A DNA stretch of 64,000 bases, taken from a virus (taxonomy: Duplodnaviria > Caudoviricetes). Position 1 is the stretch's first letter. Each line of letters opens with the position of its first letter. The stretch is from IMG/VR virus record IMGVR_UViG_3300024272_000023. One strand, 5' to 3'. Below the pieces are notes generated by a model that saw only the letters and a list, made by a program, of their open reading frames with translations, was not told where the DNA came from and searched no databases. The position numbers and the translations under genes are program-made. Below are positions 1-8,679 of this stretch, in pieces.

Positions 1-37
1 CCATTATTAAGATTAATACATGGATATCGAGATATCT

Positions 38-68
38 ATAAGAGCGAATAGTCGCTCTTATATTTTTT
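38..68 (+). terminator. Rho-independent terminator of a transcript entering from the left
   Basis: Stem TATAAGAGCGA / TCGCTCTTATA with a short loop, followed by a T-run. Confidence 0.7.
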
Positions 69-77
69 GTTTTTTTC

Positions 78-106
78 TTGCATAGCAAAACAAAATATGA
101 TATTAT
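78..106 (+). promoter_or_regulatory. sigma-A type promoter with extended -10
   Basis: TTGCAT (78-83), 17 nt spacer, TG-A-TATTAT (101-106); no ORF downstream before the terminator. Confidence 0.55.
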
Positions 107-111
107 ATAAA

Positions 112-216
112 CATAAAAAATATCCATGTATTTTTTATATTTACGCAGGTTATAATTATTGCGAGTGATTATAGCCAAAAAAATAAGGACTACCAATTAC
201 GGTAGCCCTTATTTTT
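112..216 (+). ncRNA. candidate ~100-nt small RNA convergent with tubZ
   Basis: Promoter upstream; hairpins at 113-138 and 148-176 (G-U pairs favour the + strand); ends in the terminator at 177-216. Confidence 0.35.
177..216. terminator. bidirectional terminator at the tubZ 3' end
   Basis: AAAAAAATAAGGACTACC-aattac-GGTAGCCCTTATTTTT, with A/T runs on both sides. Confidence 0.7.
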
Positions 217-1231
217 ATCCATTTAATAACCCCATCAGCAAGTCTCTTGGGTTTGTAGGTGTAACTTGCTCTCTCGTAAATGATAACCCCTTTAGTGGTT
301 CCAATGGTGCAAAATCTTGAATGAAATTACCACCATTCATATTCTTGACAGTTTCTTCGAACTTTATTCTAAATTTATTTAGAATCTTACTCGGAAACTG
401 TAATCCTGAAATCATAGCAACAGAAGTTGAGTCAGAGATGCCTAAGTAACTGTCATAAACACCTTGAAATTCTCTAGTAATGTTAGTGATGTCCAGAGAC
501 CTGTTACTAGTAGAAAGTGCTAAGTACATCGCTGATTTTGAGGTAATTTCGGCATATATTCCATTGTGTAGAGCATCAAGAATGTCGGAGGCAGTACTGC
601 GAGATTTGCTTAACTTTGCAAGTACTGAAATACCATAGCAAGATAACATTTGTTTGCGCTCCGCTGGGTCGATCACCCCATATATACTATCATTCTTAAG
701 ATTAATAAAAGCATCAAGTTCTTTAGCGAATCTAGTGTTGATAGCAAACTTATCGTGTCTTGCATTGTCCAAAAGAAAGGTTGCTCCTAAATTTTTAATG
801 TTCATAATTTCTACACATGTGTTATAAGCATTTTCACACGCCTTTGCACTTTCGACCCTATCGTCTGGTAAAACAATTGCTGGTATACAAACTCTGCCTA
901 TTTGAGTTAGATATGTCATCAATGGAATACTTAGCCCAGACCCCGTTCCTCCGCTTGAACTGAATGTACAAATAATGTATTTATGAGTCAAGATGGTAGT
1001 AATCTTATCTACAATATCCATAATGTGCTCTGATGCCAACTGCAAAACTCTTTTTCTGTCACGCGCGGCCCCGTCCGCATTTGGGATGTGAATCTTGTGT
1101 GTTCCATTAATCGTTGCAAGATCGCTTTGACTTGAATTTACATAAACAGTAGTATAACCCAATCGCTCAAACTCGCGCCCGATATTTCCTCCACATTGTC
1201 CCAAAGATAAAACTCCAAATTGTTCACGCAT
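215..1231 (-). CDS. tubZ: TubZ, tubulin/FtsZ-family partition GTPase
   Basis: GQCGGNIG T1 loop, SSGGTGSG tubulin signature, IDPAE T7-like loop; adjacent to a small wHTH gene. Confidence 0.9.
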   Translation of the reverse strand: MREQFGVLSLGQCGGNIGREFERLGYTTVYVNSSQSDLATINGTHKIHIPNADGAARDRKRVLQLASEHIMDIVDKITTILTHKYIICTFSSSGGTGSGLSIPLMTYLTQIGRVCIPAIVLPDDRVESAKACENAYNTCVEIMNIKNLGATFLLDNARHDKFAINTRFAKELDAFINLKNDSIYGVIDPAERKQMLSCYGISVLAKLSKSRSTASDILDALHNGIYAEITSKSAMYLALSTSNRSLDITNITREFQGVYDSYLGISDSTSVAMISGLQFPSKILNKFRIKFEETVKNMNGGNFIQDFAPLEPLKGLSFTREQVTPTNPRDLLMGLLNG

Positions 1232-1232
1232 A

Positions 1233-1490
1233 TTACATTACCTCCAATAATTTTTTTGTTCCAATTTCTGTGATGTAGTAGGTAGAGAATTTCCCGTCCT
1301 TAACACCCTTGTTGATATATCCCTCATTTTGAAGAAAACGAAAAGCCCTATTGAAAGTCGAATCGCTTTTGCCTATATTGCAATAATTCTTCATTTCTTC
1401 TGTTGTAATAGCCGTTCCGGCCGATGTCGCTTTGTTTTTGTATAATATTGTCATTAAAATCAAATGTGTTCTATTGATTGTCATATCCAA
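1233..1490 (-). CDS. tubR: TubR-like winged-helix DNA-binding adaptor
   Basis: 85 aa wHTH pattern (STFNRAFRFLQNEGYI...TYYITEIG) ending 1 nt before the tubZ start. Confidence 0.75.
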   Translation of the reverse strand: MDMTINRTHLILMTILYKNKATSAGTAITTEEMKNYCNIGKSDSTFNRAFRFLQNEGYINKGVKDGKFSTYYITEIGTKKLLEVM

Positions 1491-1520
1491 CCACTCCCCT
1501 TCTACCGTTAGTCATTAAGG

Positions 1521-1605
1521 TGCAATCACCACCATAAATTTATGATAGCACTTTGAAAGCACTATTGTCAAGCACCTTGACATCACTTTTTTGTTTTATT
1601 ATAAT
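1521..1605. promoter_or_regulatory. back-to-back divergent sigma-A promoters overlaid by five 10-bp direct repeats (tubC-like centromere or RHH operator)
   Basis: Plus strand: TTGACA 1577-1582, 17 nt, TATAAT 1600-1605. Minus strand: TTGACA 1571-1566, 18 nt, TATCAT. Repeats: TGCAATCACC 1521, TGATAGCACT 1543, TGAAAGCACT 1554, GTCAAGCACC 1567, TGACATCACT 1578. Confidence 0.7.
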
Positions 1606-1623
1606 ATTTTTGAGGTGACACAG

Positions 1624-1776
1624 ATGGTAATGAAAGAAGGGACACAAACAATAACATTTAGAATTCCGGGAGAACTAAAACTTCAGATCGAAATTGAAGC
1701 GGCAAGACAGGGGAGATCGGTAAATAATTTATTAAAACAAATTGTTACTGAATATTTGAAAAATCCAAAAAAATAA
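1624..1776 (+). CDS. Ribbon-helix-helix (Arc/CopG/HicB-C-like) DNA-binding protein
   Basis: TITFRIPGELKLQIEIEAARQGRSVNNLLKQIV is a typical RHH; GAGGTG RBS favours ATG 1624 (or 1630) over TTG 1591. Confidence 0.85.
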   Translation: MVMKEGTQTITFRIPGELKLQIEIEAARQGRSVNNLLKQIVTEYLKNPKK

Positions 1777-1803
1777 GGGAGCGGGCAAAGCCCACTCCCT
1801 TTA
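1776..1803. terminator. bidirectional terminator between the RHH gene and the holin gene
   Basis: AAGGGAGCGGGC-aaa-GCCCACTCCCTT flanked by A/T runs. Confidence 0.75.
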
Positions 1804-1806
1804 ATT

Positions 1807-2115
1807 TTATTTCGTATTGATTTTCTTTGTGGCAAGAACTATCGAATCGATTAGTTCACTTATTGCCTTTTCGTCAATATCGTACTGCAATGTGTTTTCC
1901 ATTGCCTTAATAGACGATATTACATAATCTTTTCTTTCTGCCCCATTAGAATAATTCTGCTCAGCCTCAGCCATTAATTTGAGTACAAGCTGCACAACAG
2001 CTCCCAAATTCTTTTCTTTAATGGCCCTTTGAATATATTTTACCAACGATATGACCAATGGAATACAAGCTGTAATTCCTGACAAAATCGCTATAATTAA
2101 TTCTAACCATGCCAT
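1807..2115 (-). CDS. holin-like protein (LL-H type)
   Basis: N-terminal TM helix followed by AEAEQNYSNGAERKDYV and IDEKAISELIDSIV, the LL-H holin pattern. Confidence 0.65.
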   Translation of the reverse strand: MAWLELIIAILSGITACIPLVISLVKYIQRAIKEKNLGAVVQLVLKLMAEAEQNYSNGAERKDYVISSIKAMENTLQYDIDEKAISELIDSIVLATKKINTK

Positions 2116-2131
2116 AATTCATCGCTCCTTT

Positions 2132-2590
2132 TTAATCATTTTGTTGTGTATGATATGCTGGAAAACTTTGATTGTTATAATATCTTGTAATAAAATCAAA
2201 TTCTTCATCACCTTCGTGATTCTGATGAAGAACATTTTTATACTTGTGATAAATAGTTCTAATGTGTTCCATTTCTTCTGGGTGTAATCTAATGCCACGA
2301 CGACATCTATTTCCGCAATCAAACAATTCTGCACGAATCCTATCTGATTCATTTTCCAAAACATTATTCTCAACACGCGTCAACCTATCCTCTAGACATT
2401 GATTAACTTCTAATAATTTATCTATTTTCTTATCCATCTTATCTATTTTTTCATCTCTTTTTGTATCTTTAGATTTTCTAACAAACGAATCAATAAGACG
2501 CTGTCTAAGTGGCTTAATGATTGTAATCAATAACGCTATACAAGCAGAGATACAACCAACTATTGTGGCTATATTCTTAAATACTTCCAT
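2132..2590 (-). CDS. membrane-anchored coiled-coil protein, putative holin/lysis accessory
   Basis: N-terminal TM, coiled coil, lysis-module position after the tail fibre genes. Confidence 0.55.
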   Translation of the reverse strand: MEVFKNIATIVGCISACIALLITIIKPLRQRLIDSFVRKSKDTKRDEKIDKMDKKIDKLLEVNQCLEDRLTRVENNVLENESDRIRAELFDCGNRCRRGIRLHPEEMEHIRTIYHKYKNVLHQNHEGDEEFDFITRYYNNQSFPAYHTQQND

Positions 2591-2647
2591 AACATTTCAC
2601 CTCCTATCATAAGGTATTTGTATTTGTTGTTCTCTTAGGAGGTTCTT

Positions 2648-4741
2648 TTATTTCCATTTGCCAACAACAGTATATTCATATCTAACCTGTGCGGCAGTCA
2701 TTGTAGTTGGGCGCAAGAATCCATACTGAGCAGTTTGCGTTGTGGTGTTCATTCCTATTCCGCCACCCTCAGGATATGCCCATGCAGAGACACTATCTCC
2801 GCGACAAAACACGGTTTCTTGTGGTCTACTTGTAAATGTGAAAGGATAATTGATACGAGGAGCAAGAGTATTACTATAATACAAAGTTCCCCACGCCAAG
2901 TTGCACGCGCTAGTCATTGTATAAATTCCCCAGCACTCAGCAAGACCGCTATTCCATTTACGATATGTCCAAATTCCAGATGTACCTTGCTCGACAACAA
3001 AATCGGCCAACTTAGCACCGTTAAAATATATAATCGCACTACCATTTCCAATAGACAAAGAGTTGTTGGTATCGTTATAACTCCAAATTGCTCTGTTATT
3101 TTTTCCATCATAACATCCAATTGCATTTACGTTACTTGGGTTTCCGCCATATAGGTAAGAATTATGAGGATATGTGGAGGTAGTTGGATTTGAAAACCTA
3201 ATAGATAATTCTCCGGTTTGACCATTGGCTCCACCCATGTTGATATTATTTTTAGAATTAATTGCTCCTGTAGTTGTAAGTGTGCCGCTCATCGTAGTGT
3301 TACCTACAATTGTGGCAGTACCATCAATATTAACGTTCTTATTAAAATCTGCATCCATCGACACCTCAAAAGCATCCTTAGTAGACATAGCGCCAATCGA
3401 CACACCCTTACCATTAGATCGAATATTAATCGGTCTCGCCGCAGATTGTAGTGGCGCTGTAATAGTCTTTGTGGCACCGTAAGCATCCTTGATGGTAAAT
3501 CGTAGAATATATGCACTAGAAATAGCAAACGCCCCATCGCCATATACACCCGTTTTAGTGCTTGCAGTATCGGTTGTCGCCTGAAGTGTTGTCTCGGCAG
3601 AATAAGTAGATCCATTATTACTACTGTAAGCGACGGTTACAGTTCTTGTATTTTTGCTATTTACAGTAGAGTATGCAGAATTAACAGTATATTTTGCGTA
3701 AGTTCCGCTCTCGGTTAAATTACCACTTGCGTCGCATCTCTGTACCGATACTGGACCAATCGACGGTGCGGCATATGGGTAAACGGTTATAGAAACCGTT
3801 TTACTTGCAGTTCTACCACGAGCATCCTTCACTGACACCGTGTACGTTTGCGTACCAGTCGCCTGAAGCGTTGATGTAGTTGCGGTATTTGTCGTAACCG
3901 TTGTGTTTATACCAGAACCACTATAAGTGTATGACGTAATAGAACTTCCATCTCCCGCAGTCGCAGTTGCTGTTAATTTTGCAGTGGTCTTACCTTGAAC
4001 ATACAGATTAGCAAAAGTGCCAGCAGTTACAGATGATGTTGCAGTAAAAGCACTTACAGACGGCACAACCGATGCAGGTACATTTGCCGTCACATTTTTG
4101 GTTGTGCTTGCAATAAATGTCGTTCCGCTATATGTTGATAACACGACAGATATTGTAGCGCTTGTGCTGCTTGGAATCCAAGAGTGTGGAATTGTAGCAC
4201 TAAAAGTATTGGTGCCAGTTGCCAACGTAATGGTTTGTTTTACTGTAGAATCAATTTTCAGTTCAACCTTATGATTAAATGAAGTCGAAGACGGCGAAAC
4301 TGTACCTGACAATGCGGATCCGGTATTAATACTTGTTGGCACGGTCAACCCCGATGCTCTAGGAATTGTTGGTAGTGTAATTGTTGAACTTACAGTCATA
4401 GTACCAACATAAATATTACGATAAGTACCATTCATTACAAATGCACCAGAAAGATTACAAGTACCAGTTCCGTTGCTATTGTGCGACACAGTCACCGTTT
4501 TTGTTGCCAATACAGTTGTTGTAGTGCCAGAACCACCATAACTAATTGATGTACTATAATCCGTTCTGCTGCCACCTACTGAAATATATGAACCACTCAA
4601 CGCAGTTGCATATAATGCGTAGTGGCTTACTAACTGCAACTTTGCCGTTACGGTTGATGTGTTTGCCGTTGTGTTTTGTGTATATGAATAATCGATCTGA
4701 AGTGTCATCCCTCCGACCGATGTTCCATTAATAGTTGCCAT
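2648..4741 (-). CDS. minor tail / receptor-binding protein (DUF859-like)
   Basis: T/S-rich Ig-like beta domains, LPTIPRAS and PYAAPSI...VQRCDASG motifs, C-terminal WTYRKWNSGLAECWG domain typical of siphophage tail proteins. Confidence 0.7.
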   Translation of the reverse strand: MATINGTSVGGMTLQIDYSYTQNTTANTSTVTAKLQLVSHYALYATALSGSYISVGGSRTDYSTSISYGGSGTTTTVLATKTVTVSHNSNGTGTCNLSGAFVMNGTYRNIYVGTMTVSSTITLPTIPRASGLTVPTSINTGSALSGTVSPSSTSFNHKVELKIDSTVKQTITLATGTNTFSATIPHSWIPSSTSATISVVLSTYSGTTFIASTTKNVTANVPASVVPSVSAFTATSSVTAGTFANLYVQGKTTAKLTATATAGDGSSITSYTYSGSGINTTVTTNTATTSTLQATGTQTYTVSVKDARGRTASKTVSITVYPYAAPSIGPVSVQRCDASGNLTESGTYAKYTVNSAYSTVNSKNTRTVTVAYSSNNGSTYSAETTLQATTDTASTKTGVYGDGAFAISSAYILRFTIKDAYGATKTITAPLQSAARPINIRSNGKGVSIGAMSTKDAFEVSMDADFNKNVNIDGTATIVGNTTMSGTLTTTGAINSKNNINMGGANGQTGELSIRFSNPTTSTYPHNSYLYGGNPSNVNAIGCYDGKNNRAIWSYNDTNNSLSIGNGSAIIYFNGAKLADFVVEQGTSGIWTYRKWNSGLAECWGIYTMTSACNLAWGTLYYSNTLAPRINYPFTFTSRPQETVFCRGDSVSAWAYPEGGGIGMNTTTQTAQYGFLRPTTMTAAQVRYEYTVVGKWK

Positions 4742-4759
4742 TCTTTTTCACCTCTTTTG

Positions 4760-5032
4760 TTATTCAATTTCATCTGGACACGTAAAGCCAAGAGCCTTAA
4801 GCGCCTCGGCAACTTTCGAAGGAAATCCTTCTTTACATGTTTCACATAGACACTGATTATAATACTTGAAAGTTCCATCTGGCGTAAGAACATTTGCCTC
4901 ATAAATACCAAGAAGATCATATGCTCCATTGGTGTGTTCGACCGACGACCCAACAAGGCAATTACACTCATCGCAATAAAAGTCGTGGTATTTAACTTCT
5001 ATTGTCGCTTCTTCCGTTCTAAGTTGTTCCAT
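4760..5032 (-). CDS. small Cys-rich hypothetical protein (CxxC...CxxC)
   Basis: AAAGGAG RBS before ATG 5032; CDECNC and CLCETC motifs. Confidence 0.6.
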   Translation of the reverse strand: MEQLRTEEATIEVKYHDFYCDECNCLVGSSVEHTNGAYDLLGIYEANVLTPDGTFKYYNQCLCETCKEGFPSKVAEALKALGFTCPDEIE

Positions 5033-5048
5033 AATCCATTCTCCTTTC

Positions 5049-8000
5049 TTAAGTATTAGCCACAATTGAAAGACTTCCATTACTTTCAACTATAATGCTA
5101 AATTTACCAATATTTATCACTGGTGCCTGAAGCATAGTGCTTCCTGAGTATTTACCAGTTACAGTTAGAGGCGACTCGATTTCTGCCTCTTTGATATTCA
5201 TTTTGGTGCCATTAATATATGCAATAGCCTCGTTACCGTAATTAAATGACAATCTCTCATTTGTTAATGATGTTGAAAATTGTGACGGTGTGCCGTTATT
5301 ATCTTTGGCGCTAATCTTTAATCCTTCTGTAGAATCAAATGAAAAGTATTGATTGTATGTTTCAATGTTGTCCTTCAAATCATTGAGTTCTTTGTCATAC
5401 TTCGTAGCAGTAACCCAGTCTACATCTCCATATGTGACATTTGTATGTTCTGCCCTCAGAAGCGTACCCACTGCTACGCCTGCGGGTGCATAGTCTACAC
5501 CAACAACCCAAAGATCACCTGCTGCATAATTGGAAGGCTTAGTAGTGAAGACTTTATTTTCATCATTCTTGTCATCTATAGTTGCAACGCTAGTATATTC
5601 CACGCCACCAAATGTCATCTTGCACATATAACTCTTGCTAAAAGCAACATCTTCACGATTGACTGTTAAATATGCGTTTGTTGCGCCAGAAATAGCACTC
5701 CATCCAGAAGCACTGTAGCCATACCATTGATATGTTGCACCTGCGGTAATTTCAATATCTCCAATATACGCAAAAGTCTGTAATGTTACGTTTGGTGTAT
5801 TTATAGAAAGCGCATAACCGTTGCTTGAATAAATTTGGAATGTTACTGCGTCTGCACCAGGAGCGCCGATGGCACCATCTGCAACAACTGGGATTATTTG
5901 CTCGTCCAACAAAGTCGTAGTGCCACCAGCTAAATACATTCTAACTCGAATGGTCTTATAGGTTGAGTCTACTGTAAATGTTTTTGTGATCTCATTTGCA
6001 GTCGAAGTGTATGCGTTGGTATAAATAGAACCGTCAGTAGAATATGCAATTATCCATCGGCATCCATAGTCGATTGGTGTGTTTGTACCTGTTTGGCTTT
6101 TGCCTGTAAATGTAAGTGTTGAAGGAGTAAGAATTACCGTTCCAGACGCATTTTTTTGTACAACACTCGCACTAGACACAAGCCAATATGATGTAGCAGG
6201 AGAACCTTGTGGTCCAGTACCACCTGTAGCACCTGTGCTACCTTTGAACGCAATAGAATAAGTAAACATCTTTGTGATTGATACGCCACCAACACTAAGT
6301 ACAATAGGAATACTACCATTAGGACTCACAAACGATGTTGTGCAGGTAAATGTAATGGTTGGGGACGTTCCACTAAGCGCAGAACACGCAAATGTTAAAC
6401 CAGCAATTCCCGTAGCTGTTGAAGCAGTCTTTGCTGCGACACCATTTACAGAAACGATAGTTACAGATTGTGCCGTTGTGCCTTTATAGGCTAAAACTTG
6501 TGTTGTTGCACTAGAGGCTATGGCCGTAGATGTGCTACCAGCAAATACGTGAGATTCGTTTGTTAACAAGACTGTATAAGCATCTGCACCGGCGGCGCCT
6601 TGATCGCCCTTATCTCCCTTTTGACCTTGTTTAGCAATGCCATAAGCAACCTTTCCATCCGAGAATGTTGTTTTTGTCCAAAGGTAATCGCCCTCTGAGA
6701 CTGCAACAACGGAATCTGACCATGTGCCAGTAGGCGCAGTGGTGGCTGAAGTGCCCGCTTGATATTGAATAGAAGATACCGTCACTGAAGAACCTGCTAC
6801 ACCAGTGTCACCCTTTATTCCCTGTTTAGCATACACATAAGCTACAGTATCAGCCACAGATGTATCGGTATAGTCTGTGATAGTACGAGTCCATAAATAC
6901 TTTCCCTCTGCGACAACAGGTATAGATTGTTGCCAACTAGTCGGCTTAGTTGATGCGTTATCTGATACACCATAATCAATGGTGATAGAACTAATTCCAA
7001 CACCATCTTTACCGTTTGCGCCTTGCTTAGCAACACCATATGCGGTTTTGCCGTCTGAAAATGCTGTCTTAGTCCATAAATATTTTCCATCAGCAACTGC
7101 GACAACCGCATTAGACCATGTTCCTGTGGGGGCGGTTGTTGCCGATGCTCCTTCTTGGTATTGGACAGACGATACGGTAACAGACGATCCAGCGGCACCA
7201 GAATCGCCTTTTGTGCCCTGCTTTGCGTAAATATAAGTCACAGTATCAGGAATTTTTTCATCGGTATAATCTATGATGGTGCGAGTCCACAAGTATTTTC
7301 CTTCTGCAACAGTAGGAATGGTAGATTGCCAATCTGTTGGCTGGGTAGACGAAGAGTCTGACACACCATAAGATACGGTTGTAGATTCTATGCCGGCACC
7401 TGTTACTCCTGTATTGATTTTACTCCAACTGAGTTTTAAATTGGTACTTACCGGACTAGTAACTGGAATAGTGATCGTACCGCTATTACTGGACGCAGAA
7501 CCAAGCGTTGAATTGTTAGCTATACTAAATGTTAGTATTTGCTCATTTGCCGCAGTAACCGGTGCACTAACCGTCATACCAGCAGGCAAATCTGTGATTG
7601 TGCCAATAACGGGAGTTGTTTTCGTAGTTCCAATATAAGCCACGACATTTGTTGTAAATGACGTAAGCGCAACCTGCCCACTCGAGTTAGCCGTAAAAGA
7701 GATATTCTCGTTGGTCAAAAACGCAAAAGGCGCAGGATTTCCTTGTTCTCCATCAGCACCATCAAAGGCTTTGTAAATTGTAAACACATCCACAGCTGTG
7801 CCGTCAGATGCCTTAACAACTAGCGAATTTGAGGCGAAGGTTGAGCCAGTCACAGTTACTATGTTTCCATTACGAACCACACCAGTTGGCACAGTACTTA
7901 GGAAGGTTTGACCACCATTTACGCTATAAGTCCATTCTGTAACAGTTGTGTTAATTGGAGTTGCGGTAACCGAAATTGTTGATGGCGTATAAACGTTGGT

Positions 8001-8663
8001 TTTACTCACCTTAAATGCCTGGGCGCTGCCAGTTAAGATAATAGTCTTGGCGTCTTCACCTTTTGGTCCTTGAATACGACCTACATTGATAAAGTAGTCA
8101 ACGCCATTTCTTGAATCTACGCAAACATATAAGTCGCCATTGTACATATAGGAGTCATTAAGTCCTGCGTTAGATACGTCGCTTCCTTCATATGTAATGG
8201 TGTAATAGTCCGTTTCTGGAATGGCGGTTACTGATGTTGCCGTGCCTTTCGGAACGATGCTCGTACCGTCTTTACCATTTAGACCAGTATTGTTTCTTAC
8301 AAAAGTAATTTTTGAAAATGCTTGTATTCCCTGATATTCGGCTCGACAAATATAGGTCACGGCCGTTTGTGTCATATTGCTATTAATGGTAATTTCTTCG
8401 GTATAGTCACCGCTAGACACTAGAGTTTCAGTCGTTTCATTAAGATATTGTCGATACCATTTCAGCTTTTCTGGTTTCTTTTCTGCAGAATCAAGAAATA
8501 CATCTGCGCTCAATTTTAAATTCGTTGTACTCCAATCTGGAGTATATCCTTTATTGTTAACATCATACAATTGAATAGTTGGGTGATTAGAAGAAATGTA
8601 TACTTCTAATTTGCGACTATCTGTTGTATCTAAAAATGTTAACGGTTGTGAAGTTATTTTCAT
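5049..8663 (-). CDS. tail fibre protein with short collagen-like segments and duplicated YLWTRT modules
   Basis: G-X-Y runs, repeated PTxW...GKYLWT(R/K)T modules, C-terminal FSIIVESNGSLSI. Confidence 0.75.
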   Translation of the reverse strand: MKITSQPLTFLDTTDSRKLEVYISSNHPTIQLYDVNNKGYTPDWSTTNLKLSADVFLDSAEKKPEKLKWYRQYLNETTETLVSSGDYTEEITINSNMTQTAVTYICRAEYQGIQAFSKITFVRNNTGLNGKDGTSIVPKGTATSVTAIPETDYYTITYEGSDVSNAGLNDSYMYNGDLYVCVDSRNGVDYFINVGRIQGPKGEDAKTIILTGSAQAFKVSKTNVYTPSTISVTATPINTTVTEWTYSVNGGQTFLSTVPTGVVRNGNIVTVTGSTFASNSLVVKASDGTAVDVFTIYKAFDGADGEQGNPAPFAFLTNENISFTANSSGQVALTSFTTNVVAYIGTTKTTPVIGTITDLPAGMTVSAPVTAANEQILTFSIANNSTLGSASSNSGTITIPVTSPVSTNLKLSWSKINTGVTGAGIESTTVSYGVSDSSSTQPTDWQSTIPTVAEGKYLWTRTIIDYTDEKIPDTVTYIYAKQGTKGDSGAAGSSVTVSSVQYQEGASATTAPTGTWSNAVVAVADGKYLWTKTAFSDGKTAYGVAKQGANGKDGVGISSITIDYGVSDNASTKPTSWQQSIPVVAEGKYLWTRTITDYTDTSVADTVAYVYAKQGIKGDTGVAGSSVTVSSIQYQAGTSATTAPTGTWSDSVVAVSEGDYLWTKTTFSDGKVAYGIAKQGQKGDKGDQGAAGADAYTVLLTNESHVFAGSTSTAIASSATTQVLAYKGTTAQSVTIVSVNGVAAKTASTATGIAGLTFACSALSGTSPTITFTCTTSFVSPNGSIPIVLSVGGVSITKMFTYSIAFKGSTGATGGTGPQGSPATSYWLVSSASVVQKNASGTVILTPSTLTFTGKSQTGTNTPIDYGCRWIIAYSTDGSIYTNAYTSTANEITKTFTVDSTYKTIRVRMYLAGGTTTLLDEQIIPVVADGAIGAPGADAVTFQIYSSNGYALSINTPNVTLQTFAYIGDIEITAGATYQWYGYSASGWSAISGATNAYLTVNREDVAFSKSYMCKMTFGGVEYTSVATIDDKNDENKVFTTKPSNYAAGDLWVVGVDYAPAGVAVGTLLRAEHTNVTYGDVDWVTATKYDKELNDLKDNIETYNQYFSFDSTEGLKISAKDNNGTPSQFSTSLTNERLSFNYGNEAIAYINGTKMNIKEAEIESPLTVTGKYSGSTMLQAPVINIGKFSIIVESNGSLSIVANT
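6600..7400 (-). repeat. tandem duplication of a ~134-aa fibre module
   Basis: Two similar copies of GI.S.T..YGVSD...GKYLWTRT...GSSVTVSS.QYQ...ATTAPTGTWS...YLWTKT.FSDGK.AYG.AKQG. Confidence 0.85.
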
Positions 8664-8679
8664 CGTAATACCCTCCTAT

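Noticed and set aside
1591-1623. TTG start of the RHH ORF given by the ORF track
   Set aside because: It lies inside the promoter spacer; the RBS supports ATG 1624 or 1630
2648-3000. Possible DGR variable region at the tail protein C-terminus, also suggested by the Mtd-N-like gene at 37072
   Set aside because: No reverse transcriptase and no second copy differing at adenines was seen in the window
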